The notes beneath the pieces are model-generated. The model was not told the DNA's origin, ran no database searches, and was given only the letters and a program-made list of their open reading frames with translations. This document shows positions 8,400 through 15,894 of a DNA stretch of 24,000 nucleotides, piece by piece; the first letter of the stretch is position 1; every line of letters begins with the position of its first letter. The position numbers and the translations under genes are program-made. Source of the stretch: Pseudomonadota bacterium (GTDB taxonomy: Bacteria; Desulfobacterota; SM23-61); the NCBI GenBank assembly GCA_018819135.1, contig JAHJQK010000195.1:1-24000 (forward strand), in the 5' to 3' direction.

Positions 8400-8535
8400 G
8401 CGGCCTATCGGGGCGCCCGTGTTCCCGAGGGCACGGCGCTGACCGCTCCGCGGCACAGCGCCTATCTGCCGGTTTCCCGGCAGATGCCCAAATGTCCCTG
8501 CGGGACACTTCGGGAACCCGGGCGCCCCGTTAGGC
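8400..8535 (+). repeat. Structured repeat element, copy R1 (long closing stem plus three hairpins)
   Basis: 26-nt near-perfect terminal inverted repeat (8403-8428 with 8510-8535, 24/26 pairing). Internal stems are 8435-8441/8456-8462, 8464-8472/8477-8485 and 8493-8498/8502-8507. About 95% identical to 10884-11014. Confidence 0.9.
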
Positions 8536-8577
8536 GACATGTTTGGATCGGGAAGTATAGGAAATGGTTAAAAAGAT

Positions 8578-8892
8578 ATGAAGTGGTTTGAAGATGTCTT
8601 CAACAGAAATATCCGTTTGACGGATGAGCGTCTGGAGCATACCGAGCTTGACCATCCCGAAATGTCTGGTCAGATTGATAAAATAGCAGAGACGTTGCAA
8701 AACCCTGAGATCGTTATCAGATCAAGATCGGATTCGGAGGTGGAGCTTTTTTATAGGTATTATTCGGAAACGCCTGTCGGAGACAAATACATGTGTGTTA
8801 TTGTTAAAGGGAGAGGTAAAGACCTTTTTATTATAACTGCATATTTTACTGACACCATGAAGAGAGGTGAAACACTATGGCGGAAGCGATAA
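8578..8892 (+). CDS. Putative BECR/PBECR-type nuclease-fold small protein (toxin-like), first gene of a two-gene unit
   Basis: 104 aa: 'HTELDHPEMSGQIDKIAETLQNPEIVIRSRSDSEVELFYRYYSETPVGDKYMCVIVKGRGKDLFIITAYFTD'. The family resemblance was judged by eye. Confidence 0.55.
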   Translation: MKWFEDVFNRNIRLTDERLEHTELDHPEMSGQIDKIAETLQNPEIVIRSRSDSEVELFYRYYSETPVGDKYMCVIVKGRGKDLFIITAYFTDTMKRGETLWRKR

Positions 8893-9092
8893 AAGTTTGG
8901 TACGACAAAGAGGGAGACTACCTTGAAGTTCTCTTTGAAAGAAAAGCCGGTTATTTCAAAGAGACCGAGAACGATGCAGTGATGGAAAAAGTCGATGAAG
9001 AAGGGAACATGATCGGTTTCTCCATATTGAAAGTCAGCGCGCTAAAGGAGCAGAAACCTCTTTCAATTGAATTGAAAAGACACGTCGGCTAA
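8877..9092 (+). CDS. DUF2283-domain protein, putative antitoxin partner
   Basis: 71 aa: 'IKVWYDKEGDYLEVLFERKAGYFKETENDAVMEKVDEEGNMIGFSILKVSAL'. 16-nt overlap with the preceding gene. Confidence 0.75.
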   Translation: MAEAIKVWYDKEGDYLEVLFERKAGYFKETENDAVMEKVDEEGNMIGFSILKVSALKEQKPLSIELKRHVG

Positions 9093-9230
9093 CACAGGCC
9101 AAAAGATCGGCATCCAAATGCTTCGCACTTTTTTTTGGCCTTGAACGATTGCAGACAATTCTTGAACCGCTTCTCTCAACAAAGTAATGGGTGCGCAAAA
9201 TCAGAAAAGCCAGAGGAAAATCAGCAATCA

Positions 9231-9569
9231 ATGGAAAGAACGGCAATGACATTAAGGAAAGCTGTGAAAAGCGAAAATGTCTTGGCAGGACTAATCAGTA
9301 AAGCCATCGAATTCAGAGCAGACGAAATCGAAATCGAATATAAGGATGGCTATGAAGAGGTCTTTGCGATGCGCGATTGGTTGGGGATAAGCGTAGGCAA
9401 AATAGAATCAGGTTCAGAAGAAGCCCGTGCGCTTCGGCAATTGCTGCATAAAGTAAAGGGGAAGACGAAAATAAGAGATGGAGAGGATTATCAAATCAGA
9501 GTCGCTATCCATGAGAGTTTTGGCGAAGACGCTTTTCGCTTATCGTTCAGAAGGCTGAAGTTATCATGA
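9231..9569 (+). CDS. Hypothetical protein (internal ATG of the 9135..9569 ORF chosen as start)
   Basis: MERTAMTLRKAVKSENVLAGLISKAIEFRADEIEIEYKDGYEEVFAMRDWLGISVGKIE..., ATG preceded by GAGG at moderate spacing. Overlaps the next ORF (ATGA). Confidence 0.5.
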   Translation: MERTAMTLRKAVKSENVLAGLISKAIEFRADEIEIEYKDGYEEVFAMRDWLGISVGKIESGSEEARALRQLLHKVKGKTKIRDGEDYQIRVAIHESFGEDAFRLSFRRLKLS

Positions 9570-9814
9570 AGTATACAAAACGCCAAGCAGAATACGTGGC
9601 ATTCATCTGCTATTACACCAAGATTCATGGACGCGCTCCGGCAGAACATGAAATCATGGACTATTTTAGGGTTTCTCCTCCGAGCGTCCACCAGATGATA
9701 TTGAACCTTGAGAAGAATGGGCTCATTTCACGCGTTGCCGGTCAGGCACGGTCTATCCGAATTGTAGTTCCGGAAGATGAATTGCGCGAGTTGAAGAAGA
9801 TAGCAGATTTTTAG
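9566..9814 (+). CDS. Winged-helix DNA-binding protein (LexA N-terminal-like)
   Basis: 82 aa: 'KRQAEYVAFICYYTKIHGRAPAEHEIMDYFRVSPPSVHQMILNLEKNGLISRVAGQARSIRIVV' is a LexA-type wHTH without a protease domain. Confidence 0.7.
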   Translation: MKYTKRQAEYVAFICYYTKIHGRAPAEHEIMDYFRVSPPSVHQMILNLEKNGLISRVAGQARSIRIVVPEDELRELKKIADF

Positions 9815-9834
9815 ACACAAGGAAAGGTTTACCG

Positions 9835-10188
9835 ATGAGCGACAAGGAAAGCAAGGTTATTGGATTTATTGCCCAAAGGAAAGGCACTTTAGACCTTCTT
9901 TGTGATGGAGATTCTGCTATAGTTGCTGGATCTGAAAAGAAAATAAGAGAATATATCTCTACCTCTATGGGCCGAAGTACCTCCAATTACGAAATCAAGA
10001 AGGCGAGATACGGACATATTCTTCAATGCCTAAAGCTCGGAGCAGCGTATTCGTTTGATGAGGAATCTTATAACCGTTTCTATCCTTTGGCTATACAGGA
10101 GGGAAGGAAATTGGTTGAAATCGGAAAAGACGCCAATAAAGCAACAGGGAAAACTGGTCTTCATTTGCTTCGAGTGAAATGGGTATAA
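9835..10188 (+). CDS. Conserved hypothetical small protein
   Basis: 117 aa from an ATG start 20 nt downstream of the wHTH gene, in the same direction. Confidence 0.55.
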   Translation: MSDKESKVIGFIAQRKGTLDLLCDGDSAIVAGSEKKIREYISTSMGRSTSNYEIKKARYGHILQCLKLGAAYSFDEESYNRFYPLAIQEGRKLVEIGKDANKATGKTGLHLLRVKWV

Positions 10189-10373
10189 AGTTTCCTTTAC
10201 CATGATATGGGAAAAAGGCCTTACGCGCCCAAGAGCTGATCGGAATTGCAGTCAAGTGAAAGAGGAGCGGTTCAAGAACTCTGCGCTTCGCTTGGCCTTC
10301 GGGGTCCAAAACAGTGGCTTTCGCAAAGCCGCAGGCGTTGCCTGCGCCTTAATGAAAATCTTGAGAATAGAAG

Positions 10374-10658
10374 ATGAATATCCGTTTTTATATCGATCCG
10401 GAGACAAGTCTACCTCACATCTATAATCATAGGGTTGTCGAGAGCGAGGTTGAGGATGTTTTGAGCAGCCCGGGTGAGGATCGTCCGGGTCGCGAAGGCT
10501 CCCGAGTCGCCATAGGCCAGACACAAGCAGGACGATATTTACGGGTTATTTACGTTCCTGATCCTGAACCAGCAAGTGTTTTTGTAATCACAGCTTACGA
10601 ATTGAAAGGCAAGCCGTTAATCGCTTATCGACGGCGCAGACATAGGAGGCAAAGATGA
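10374..10658 (+). CDS. DUF4258-like / BrnT-like small protein, putative toxin
   Basis: 94 aa: 'MNIRFYIDPETSLPHIYNHRVVESEVEDVLSSPGEDRPGREGSRVAIGQTQAGRYLRVIYVPDPEPASVFVITAYELKGKPLIAYRRR'. Confidence 0.65.
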   Translation: MNIRFYIDPETSLPHIYNHRVVESEVEDVLSSPGEDRPGREGSRVAIGQTQAGRYLRVIYVPDPEPASVFVITAYELKGKPLIAYRRRRHRRQR

Positions 10659-10852
10659 AGCAGAGTAAATTTCCACTAGGGTGGGATGAAGAGAGAGTCC
10701 GCAGAGTTCTAGCGCACTATGAGGAACAGACGGAAGAAGAGGCGGTAGCGGAGGATGAAGCAACTTTTGAGGATCAAACACAAACCGTTATGGAGATTCC
10801 TAACGAGCTGGTGCCTTTTGTCCGGGAACTCATTGCCAAGCATCAAACATAG
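10655..10852 (+). CDS. Putative antitoxin partner of the DUF4258-like protein
   Basis: 65 aa, ATGA overlap with the upstream gene. 'MKQSKFPLGWDEERVRRVLAHYEEQTEEEAVAEDEA...'. Confidence 0.6.
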   Translation: MKQSKFPLGWDEERVRRVLAHYEEQTEEEAVAEDEATFEDQTQTVMEIPNELVPFVRELIAKHQT

Positions 10853-10883
10853 GACGACGGCAGAAAACAACTAGCTCCTGGCG

Positions 10884-11017
10884 GCGGCCTATCGGGGCGC
10901 CCGTGTTCCCGAGGGCACGGCGCTGACCACTCCGCGGGACAGCGCCTATCTTTCGGTTTCCCGGCAGATGCCCCAAATGTCCCTTCGGGACACTTCGGGA
11001 ACCCGGGCGCCCCGATA
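10884..11017 (+). repeat. Structured repeat element, copy R2
   Basis: Same orientation and architecture as R1. Outer arms TATCGGGGCGCCCG...CGGGCGCCCCGATA, with the same three internal stems (two of them weakened). Six differences from R1 over ~131 nt. Confidence 0.9.
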
Positions 11018-11094
11018 AGTGAAATCGGGGGCAAAGGGTTTAAAATGATGCGTGAAATACAATAAAAAATATCAATTGATTGGAGGTTATAATA

Positions 11095-11685
11095 ATGGGA
11101 TATGACGATCTGCAACAAGATGAGGCACATCATCATGATTGGTTGATTAAGAAAATAGAGGATAGGATTTCAAAACTTATGACTGGGGATGTAGAGCCTT
11201 CGATACCGATTCCTCCAAAAAAATCGTTGGAAACTTCACACATAGTTTCACCACCAGAAAAAACCAGAACAATACTAGCAGAATCAAATATAGTTGCTAA
11301 TGTGGATTGCGTATGTCGTAAGAACAGCAGTAATCCTTGTAATGCACCATTTGGCCCGGGTCTTCTGCTATCCGCACCGACTGGCGAGATTATCCAGATC
11401 ATTTTTACCAGCGTTGTCGGAGTGACCGCCTTTGCCATTGGTTTGCAGGGATTCGCCGTGGTTCAATGCACCTGGACCGAGCGCTTTCTGGCTTTGGCTG
11501 CAGGGATTTTACTCATTGAACCGGGTTTCATTACCGATGCCGTAGGCGCCTTTATCATTGCCATCTTTGTTTTTTCTCACCATTTACGCTGGCGGCGGAG
11601 CAAGAAAAGAAACTCCGCGGGTAGACGGGATGAAAAAATGACAAGCGGACCGGATAATCTTTTTTGGGGAAAACCTTATGATTAG
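11095..11685 (+). CDS. Chimeric ORF: unknown Cys-containing N-terminus joined to a TRAP-transporter fused-permease-like C-terminal tail
   Basis: ATG preceded by GGAGG. The C-terminus 'LQGFAVVQCTWTERFLALAAGILLIEPGFITDAVGAFIIAIFVF' resembles the tail of TRAP 4TM/12TM permeases. The N-terminus includes 'DCVCRKNSSNPCNAP'. Confidence 0.5.
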   Translation: MGYDDLQQDEAHHHDWLIKKIEDRISKLMTGDVEPSIPIPPKKSLETSHIVSPPEKTRTILAESNIVANVDCVCRKNSSNPCNAPFGPGLLLSAPTGEIIQIIFTSVVGVTAFAIGLQGFAVVQCTWTERFLALAAGILLIEPGFITDAVGAFIIAIFVFSHHLRWRRSKKRNSAGRRDEKMTSGPDNLFWGKPYD

Positions 11686-11770
11686 CTAGGATAGGATTAA
11701 GACGGGATGATGGAAGAAACTTCAAAGATTGCCGTTTCATTTCTACAGGTCAAAAAATCAATCTGTACCC

Positions 11771-12043
11771 TTAGTATCTTCTCCCCCGAAAACCGGGGCG
11801 AACTCTGGCCTCTTTGACCAGCAACTCTTTTTCCATAAAACCTTTTTTATTTAGCATGGAGATGGCTTTTTGTGCTTCCCTGCGGGTCGACATTTCCACA
11901 AAAGCAAATCCCCGCGGCTGGCCGCTTTGATGGTCCTTTAAGATCTTAACCGATACGACGTCTCCGGCTTGGGAAAAATGAGTTTTAAGGTCCGGTTCGG
12001 TGGTCTGGAAAGGGAGGTTGCCCACATAAATTTTTGTATTCAT
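11771..12043 (-). CDS. RNA recognition motif (RRM) RNA-binding protein
   Basis: 90 aa. RNP2-like 'KIYVGNLPF' and RNP1-like 'RGFAFVEM', followed by 'EAQKAISMLNKKGFMEKELLVKEAR'. Confidence 0.95.
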   Translation of the reverse strand: MNTKIYVGNLPFQTTEPDLKTHFSQAGDVVSVKILKDHQSGQPRGFAFVEMSTRREAQKAISMLNKKGFMEKELLVKEARVRPGFRGRRY

Positions 12044-12052
12044 TTTCCCTCC

Positions 12053-12214
12053 TCATTGATTGTAACAATCGAGGCAAAGAAGAGCTTTTTCGGGAGGAGG
12101 GGAAACCTCCAGCCACAGCTCTTTTCCACAACGGGCGCAGGTTGCCTTAAAGGATTTGGGGGGCGCTTTCCTTTTGGAACTCCTCCGGTAAAAATTTCTC
12201 CTTACCCGTGCCAT
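12053..12214 (-). CDS. Small CxxC...CxxC zinc-ribbon protein (53 aa)
   Basis: Translated manually: MARVRRNFYRRSSKRKAPPKSFKATCARCGKELWLEVSPPPEKALLCLDCYNQ*. Preceded by GAGGGGG. Lies 10 nt upstream of the RRM gene on the same strand. Absent from the supplied ORF track (below its length cutoff). Confidence 0.75.
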   Translation of the reverse strand: MARVRRNFYRRSSKRKAPPKSFKATCARCGKELWLEVSPPPEKALLCLDCYNQ

Positions 12215-12339
12215 TTATACCCCCTCATCAAGATTTTTATTTGGGCCCCACGCCAACCCTGATCACCGCCGATGGGCGCGCAGAGAGAGACCCCAGGATT
12301 TCATACTCTCCCGGGGTCTTACGGTCCGATTTCAGATCT

Positions 12340-12540
12340 TCAGCATTTCACCACATCGATAGCTTGCAGGCCTTTCTTACCCGGAGCGATTTCGAACTCA
12401 ACCTCGTCCCCTTCATGAAGAGCCTTGAAACCGTCTTGTTTAATGGATGAGAAGTGCACGAATAAATCATCGCCACCATCATGAGAAATAAAACCAAATC
12501 CCTTTTGCTCATTGAACCATTTGACTCGACCTCTGGCCAT
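12340..12540 (-). CDS. csp: Cold-shock domain protein (CspA family)
   Basis: 66 aa. '[48 protein letters not shown]' has RNP1 and RNP2 motifs. Confidence 0.97.
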   Translation of the reverse strand: MARGRVKWFNEQKGFGFISHDGGDDLFVHFSSIKQDGFKALHEGDEVEFEIAPGKKGLQAIDVVKC

Positions 12541-12796
12541 TGCTTTTCACCTCCTTCCCTTTTACACTGATAAGGTGCAATAGCCCGGGCCGGGGCAATA
12601 AAAAAACCGCATAAGCATCAAGAGCTCTGCGGCTTTCTCTATTCCAAACCAAAACTCTTTGCAACTTATAATATAAATATTAGCTCTTTTCTTAGAGGGT
12701 GTCAAGGAATAAAACAGAAAAATGTCCCGCTCCACAGCCGATGAAATTCCTCGCTTCTTCCTGGCCTCCTGGAAGTAAAGAGCCAGCAGTATCTTG

Positions 12797-12829
12797 AAGG
12801 CCCGGTCAGGTAAACAGACCGGGCCTTTT
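12797..12829 (+). terminator. Terminator-like hairpin AAGGCCCGGTC-AGGTAAACA-GACCGGGCCTT + TT
   Basis: Perfect 11-bp stem with a 9-nt loop and a short T run. Confidence 0.55.
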
Positions 12830-12859
12830 GGAGAAAATCGACCGCCAAGGGAGATCGGG

Positions 12860-13708
12860 ATGTTCATCTACACCTTGAAACGTCTTCTTTTAGCTTTGGC
12901 TGTGGCTTTGGTTGTTTCCGCCCTTAGCTTCGGCCTCCTCTACCTTTCGGGCGATCCGGCGACAGCAATCGGGGGTGAAGCGGCCACCGATACCGACATC
13001 GAATTCATTCGCAAGACCTATGGTTTTGACCAGCCGGTGACGGTTCAGTATCTGACCTGGATGGGCAAAGCCTTTGAGGAAGCAATGGCCGAGGCGCGGG
13101 CCGGCCGAGGAACTGCCGAAGAAAAACCCCTGGTGTTGGCTGACTTTACTGACAATCCTGGATCAGGGGGGTATGGCGATGGCATTAGGCTCCTGCGGGC
13201 GATGATCGAAGCAGACCTTCCCAACGCAGCGTTTGCCTGCGTGCCCCATCCGCAGGCGGTCCAGAAGTGCATTGCCGCCGGAGTCGGCTCAGGAGTGACC
13301 ATGGATTTGGGGGCCAGGATCGATCCCAGAAGCTACGGCCCACCCCTCAGGGTCAGCGGAATTGTGGAACACGTGAGCGATGGGGTCTTCACCTGCCAGG
13401 GACCGATGAATAAGGGAGTTCGGTTCTCCATGGGGCCCACGGCCGTTTTCCGCCACGGCGGGGTTCGAGTTCTGATAACCACCAATAATTTGCAGGTTTA
13501 TGACCTTCAGGTTTTCTTGAGCCAGAAGATCGACCCCCAGACCTGCGAAGTAGTAGCGGTTAAATCCTGGCACCATTTCCGGGCCGCCTTCGAGCCCATT
13601 GCTCGTAAAGTGATGCTGGTGGACAGTGGGGGGCTGGTTTCCATGGACCTCAAGCGCTTCAACTACCGGAAAGTTCGCCGCCCTATCTATCCCCTCGACC
13701 TGGATTGA
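12860..13708 (+). pseudogene. In-frame chimera: N-terminus of a DppB/OppB-like ABC permease fused to an MlrC (M81) C-terminal domain
   Basis: 'MFIYTLKRLLLALAVALVVSALSFGLLYLSGDPATAIGG...IRKTYGFDQPVTVQYLTWMGKAF' is a permease N-terminus with only one TM segment. It is followed by 'DLGARIDPRSYGPPLRVSGIVEHVSDGVFTCQGPMNKGVRFSMGPTAV...VVAVKSWHHFRAAFEPIARKVMLVDSGG...RRPIYPLDLD', which is MlrC_C-like. Confidence 0.7.
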
Positions 13709-14040
13709 TCGCTATAGGAGGGGATAATTAAGTCCCTTCCTTTTAACCCGGAGATAATCACCGGAAAAAAGTATCTTTCAAAATATCCACCCACCCTCCG
13801 ATCTTTCTCTTGGTTAATTCCCTCCTAAAAAGGAATCTTGAAAGTGTTATCCGGTCAGGAATTTGATCTCTTGACCCTGCCCCTAAAATTTCCTACAATT
13901 CCTCCCATAATTCATCCTCTCAGGATAATTTTTTTATTCATTGTAATGTTTTTTCCTCTGCGTTTTAAAAGGCAAGTGGAGGAGAACGGCAACACTGATA
14001 AATTTTCCCATAGTTCAACAAATTTTACGAAAGGGGTTTC

Positions 14041-15873
14041 ATGATGGCTAAGGGAGGTTTTTTTGGAAAAATCCTTAGAGTGAATTTGTCCGAGAAAAAG
14101 GTGACTACTTCGGCTTTGCCGGATGAATTCATAAAAGATTACCTCGGTGGACGGGGGGTTGGGGCTCGGATTCTGTATGAGGAGAACCCGCCTCGGGTTG
14201 ACCCCTATTCGCCGGAGAACCGTTTCATCTTATTTACTTCTCCTATTATGGGAACGAGCGCCCCCTGTTGTGTAAAATATTCGCTAATAACCAAGTCTCC
14301 CCTTTCGGGTACTATTCTAATGAGTCTGGCAGGTGGCTTTTATGGGCCGGTTTTTAAAAGAAGCGGGTATGACGGCATCGTCATTTCCGGGAAAGCGCCA
14401 GAGCCGGTTTATCTTAAAATCGTAGATCAGCAAGTGGAGATGTTGGACGCCCGGGGTCTGTGGGGAAAAGACACCGTTGAAACGCAAGAGATTCTCCAAT
14501 CGAAATTGGGCCGGGAAGCCAGAGTAGCCTGTATCGGCCCTGCAGGAGAAAACCTGGTTCGGTATGCCAGTATTTTCTCTGAGAGTCATGCCCTGGGGCG
14601 GGGTGGCGGCGGGGCGGTTATGGGGTCAAAAAACTTGAAGGCCATTATCGTCCAGGGAACCCAAAAGGTACCTCTGGCCGATGAGGGGGCCTTCGAAGGA
14701 TACATCAAAAACACAATTTTGCCAAAATTCAGGGCTTCGGAGAAGGCCAAAAAATTTGGAGCGTATGGAACCCCCGGCGTTCTGGCCGTTGTAAATACTC
14801 AAGGGATCCTGCCTACCAGGAATTACCAGCAAGGAACTTTTGAGGGAGCCGCGGCCATTGATGGGGAAGCAGTGAAACAAGCTGCCATCAGACACGCATC
14901 TTGTTTTCGGTGTCCAGTTGCCTGCAGGTCTTATACCCGGGTGGAGACGGGAGAATATGCTGGTAGCGAAACCGAAGGTCCAGAGTATGAAACTCTGTTT
15001 AGCCTGGGAAGCAATCTGGGAAATTCCAGTCTACCTTCTATCATCGCGGCCAATAAACTTTGTACGCGATATGGCTTGGATACCATTTCCACCGGGAATG
15101 TAATAGGGTTTGTTATGGAATGTTTTGAAAGGGGCATTCTTTCCCTTAAAGAGACTGGGGGCATGGAATTGAGATTCGGGAATCATCAGGTTTTGGGACC
15201 TATGATTCAGAAGATCGCCTTCCGCGAAGGCTGGGGAGATATCCTGGCTGAAGGGGTAAAGCGCGCCGCGGCCAAATGGGGCCGGGGAGCTCAGGATTAT
15301 GCTATAGAAGTAAAAGGGTTGGAGATGTCTGGTTATGACCCCAGGGGAGCCATGGGGATGGCCATCGAATATGCCACGGCTCCCCGTGGAGGCTGTCATC
15401 AACGGGGCCTCATCGTTCAGGAGACCTTGGGCGTACCACCATTGGTCGATCGGTTTAGCCAGGAAGGCAAAGGAGCGCTGGTCAAGAGTAAACAGGATGA
15501 AGTGGCGGTCCAGGATGCCCTCGGTTTTTGTGTCTTTGTCAGCCGGGGGGATCCCATGGGGCTCGAAGAGTTTGCCGAGATGTTTTCCCGCGCCACGGGG
15601 ATTCCGGCGACCGTGGCCGATCTACTCAAAGCCGGAGAGCGGATTTTTAATATCGAGCGCTGGTATAATCTAAAGGAAGGTTTTACGGGAAAGGATGATT
15701 ATCTGCCCAAGCGTTTCCTGGAACAGCCCCTGACCGATGGGCCTTCTAAGGGGCGGGTGGTAGACCTGGAAAAGCTGCTGGGTGATTACTACCAGCAGAG
15801 AGGGTGGAACAGAGAGGGAGAAATCAAACCAGAAAAATTGGAGGAGCTGGGATTAAAAGATTTGGCCAAGTGA
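14041..15873 (+). CDS. aor: Aldehyde ferredoxin oxidoreductase family protein (tungsten/molybdopterin enzyme)
   Basis: 610 aa. 'GKILRVNLSEKKVTTSALPDEFIKDYLGGRGVGARILYEE', 'SLITKSPLSGTILMSLAGGFYGPVFKRSGYDGIVISG', a Cys motif 'CFRCPVACRS' and 'GPEYETLFSLGSNLG'. Confidence 0.93.
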   Translation: MMAKGGFFGKILRVNLSEKKVTTSALPDEFIKDYLGGRGVGARILYEENPPRVDPYSPENRFILFTSPIMGTSAPCCVKYSLITKSPLSGTILMSLAGGFYGPVFKRSGYDGIVISGKAPEPVYLKIVDQQVEMLDARGLWGKDTVETQEILQSKLGREARVACIGPAGENLVRYASIFSESHALGRGGGGAVMGSKNLKAIIVQGTQKVPLADEGAFEGYIKNTILPKFRASEKAKKFGAYGTPGVLAVVNTQGILPTRNYQQGTFEGAAAIDGEAVKQAAIRHASCFRCPVACRSYTRVETGEYAGSETEGPEYETLFSLGSNLGNSSLPSIIAANKLCTRYGLDTISTGNVIGFVMECFERGILSLKETGGMELRFGNHQVLGPMIQKIAFREGWGDILAEGVKRAAAKWGRGAQDYAIEVKGLEMSGYDPRGAMGMAIEYATAPRGGCHQRGLIVQETLGVPPLVDRFSQEGKGALVKSKQDEVAVQDALGFCVFVSRGDPMGLEEFAEMFSRATGIPATVADLLKAGERIFNIERWYNLKEGFTGKDDYLPKRFLEQPLTDGPSKGRVVDLEKLLGDYYQQRGWNREGEIKPEKLEELGLKDLAK

Positions 15874-15894
15874 CCGTTATGCCCCTTGCACCTT

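Noticed and set aside
8214-8540. 108-aa minus-strand ORF across R1, and the similar 10843..11136 ORF across R2
   Set aside because: Both are by-products of the GC-rich structured repeat and the antisense strand of ParE. The shared 'GAPGFPKCP.GTFG' peptide is just the repeat translated.
10202-10524. Overlapping ORFs 10202..10426 (+) and 10252..10524 (-)
   Set aside because: They overlap the better supported 10374..10658 gene and lie in a GC-rich, repeat-like spacer. The translations are low-complexity.
8400-11017. Interpretation of the two repeats as a CRISPR array or IS element ends
   Set aside because: Only two copies 2.5 kb apart with no regular spacers. Each copy is self-contained with its own inverted ends, and no transposase ORF lies between them.
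11969-12450. + strand ORFs 11969..12262 and 12208..12450
   Set aside because: Antisense to the RRM, zinc-ribbon and cold-shock genes.
12562-12867. 101-aa minus-strand ORF
   Set aside because: Covers a terminator-like hairpin and a spacer. No domain-like features.
13045-13576. Minus-strand ORFs antisense to the chimeric permease/MlrC ORF
   Set aside because: Antisense artefacts of GC-rich coding sequence; the sense strand has clear domain motifs.
13709-14040. Possible molybdenum/tungsten cofactor riboswitch upstream of the AOR gene
   Set aside because: The spacer contains short dyads (for example CCGG...CCGG) but no arrangement recognisable by eye as a Moco/Wco riboswitch. An Infernal scan with the Rfam model would be decisive.
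14317-15673. Multiple ORFs antisense to or out of frame with the aldehyde ferredoxin oxidoreductase gene
   Set aside because: The 610-aa sense ORF explains the region fully.
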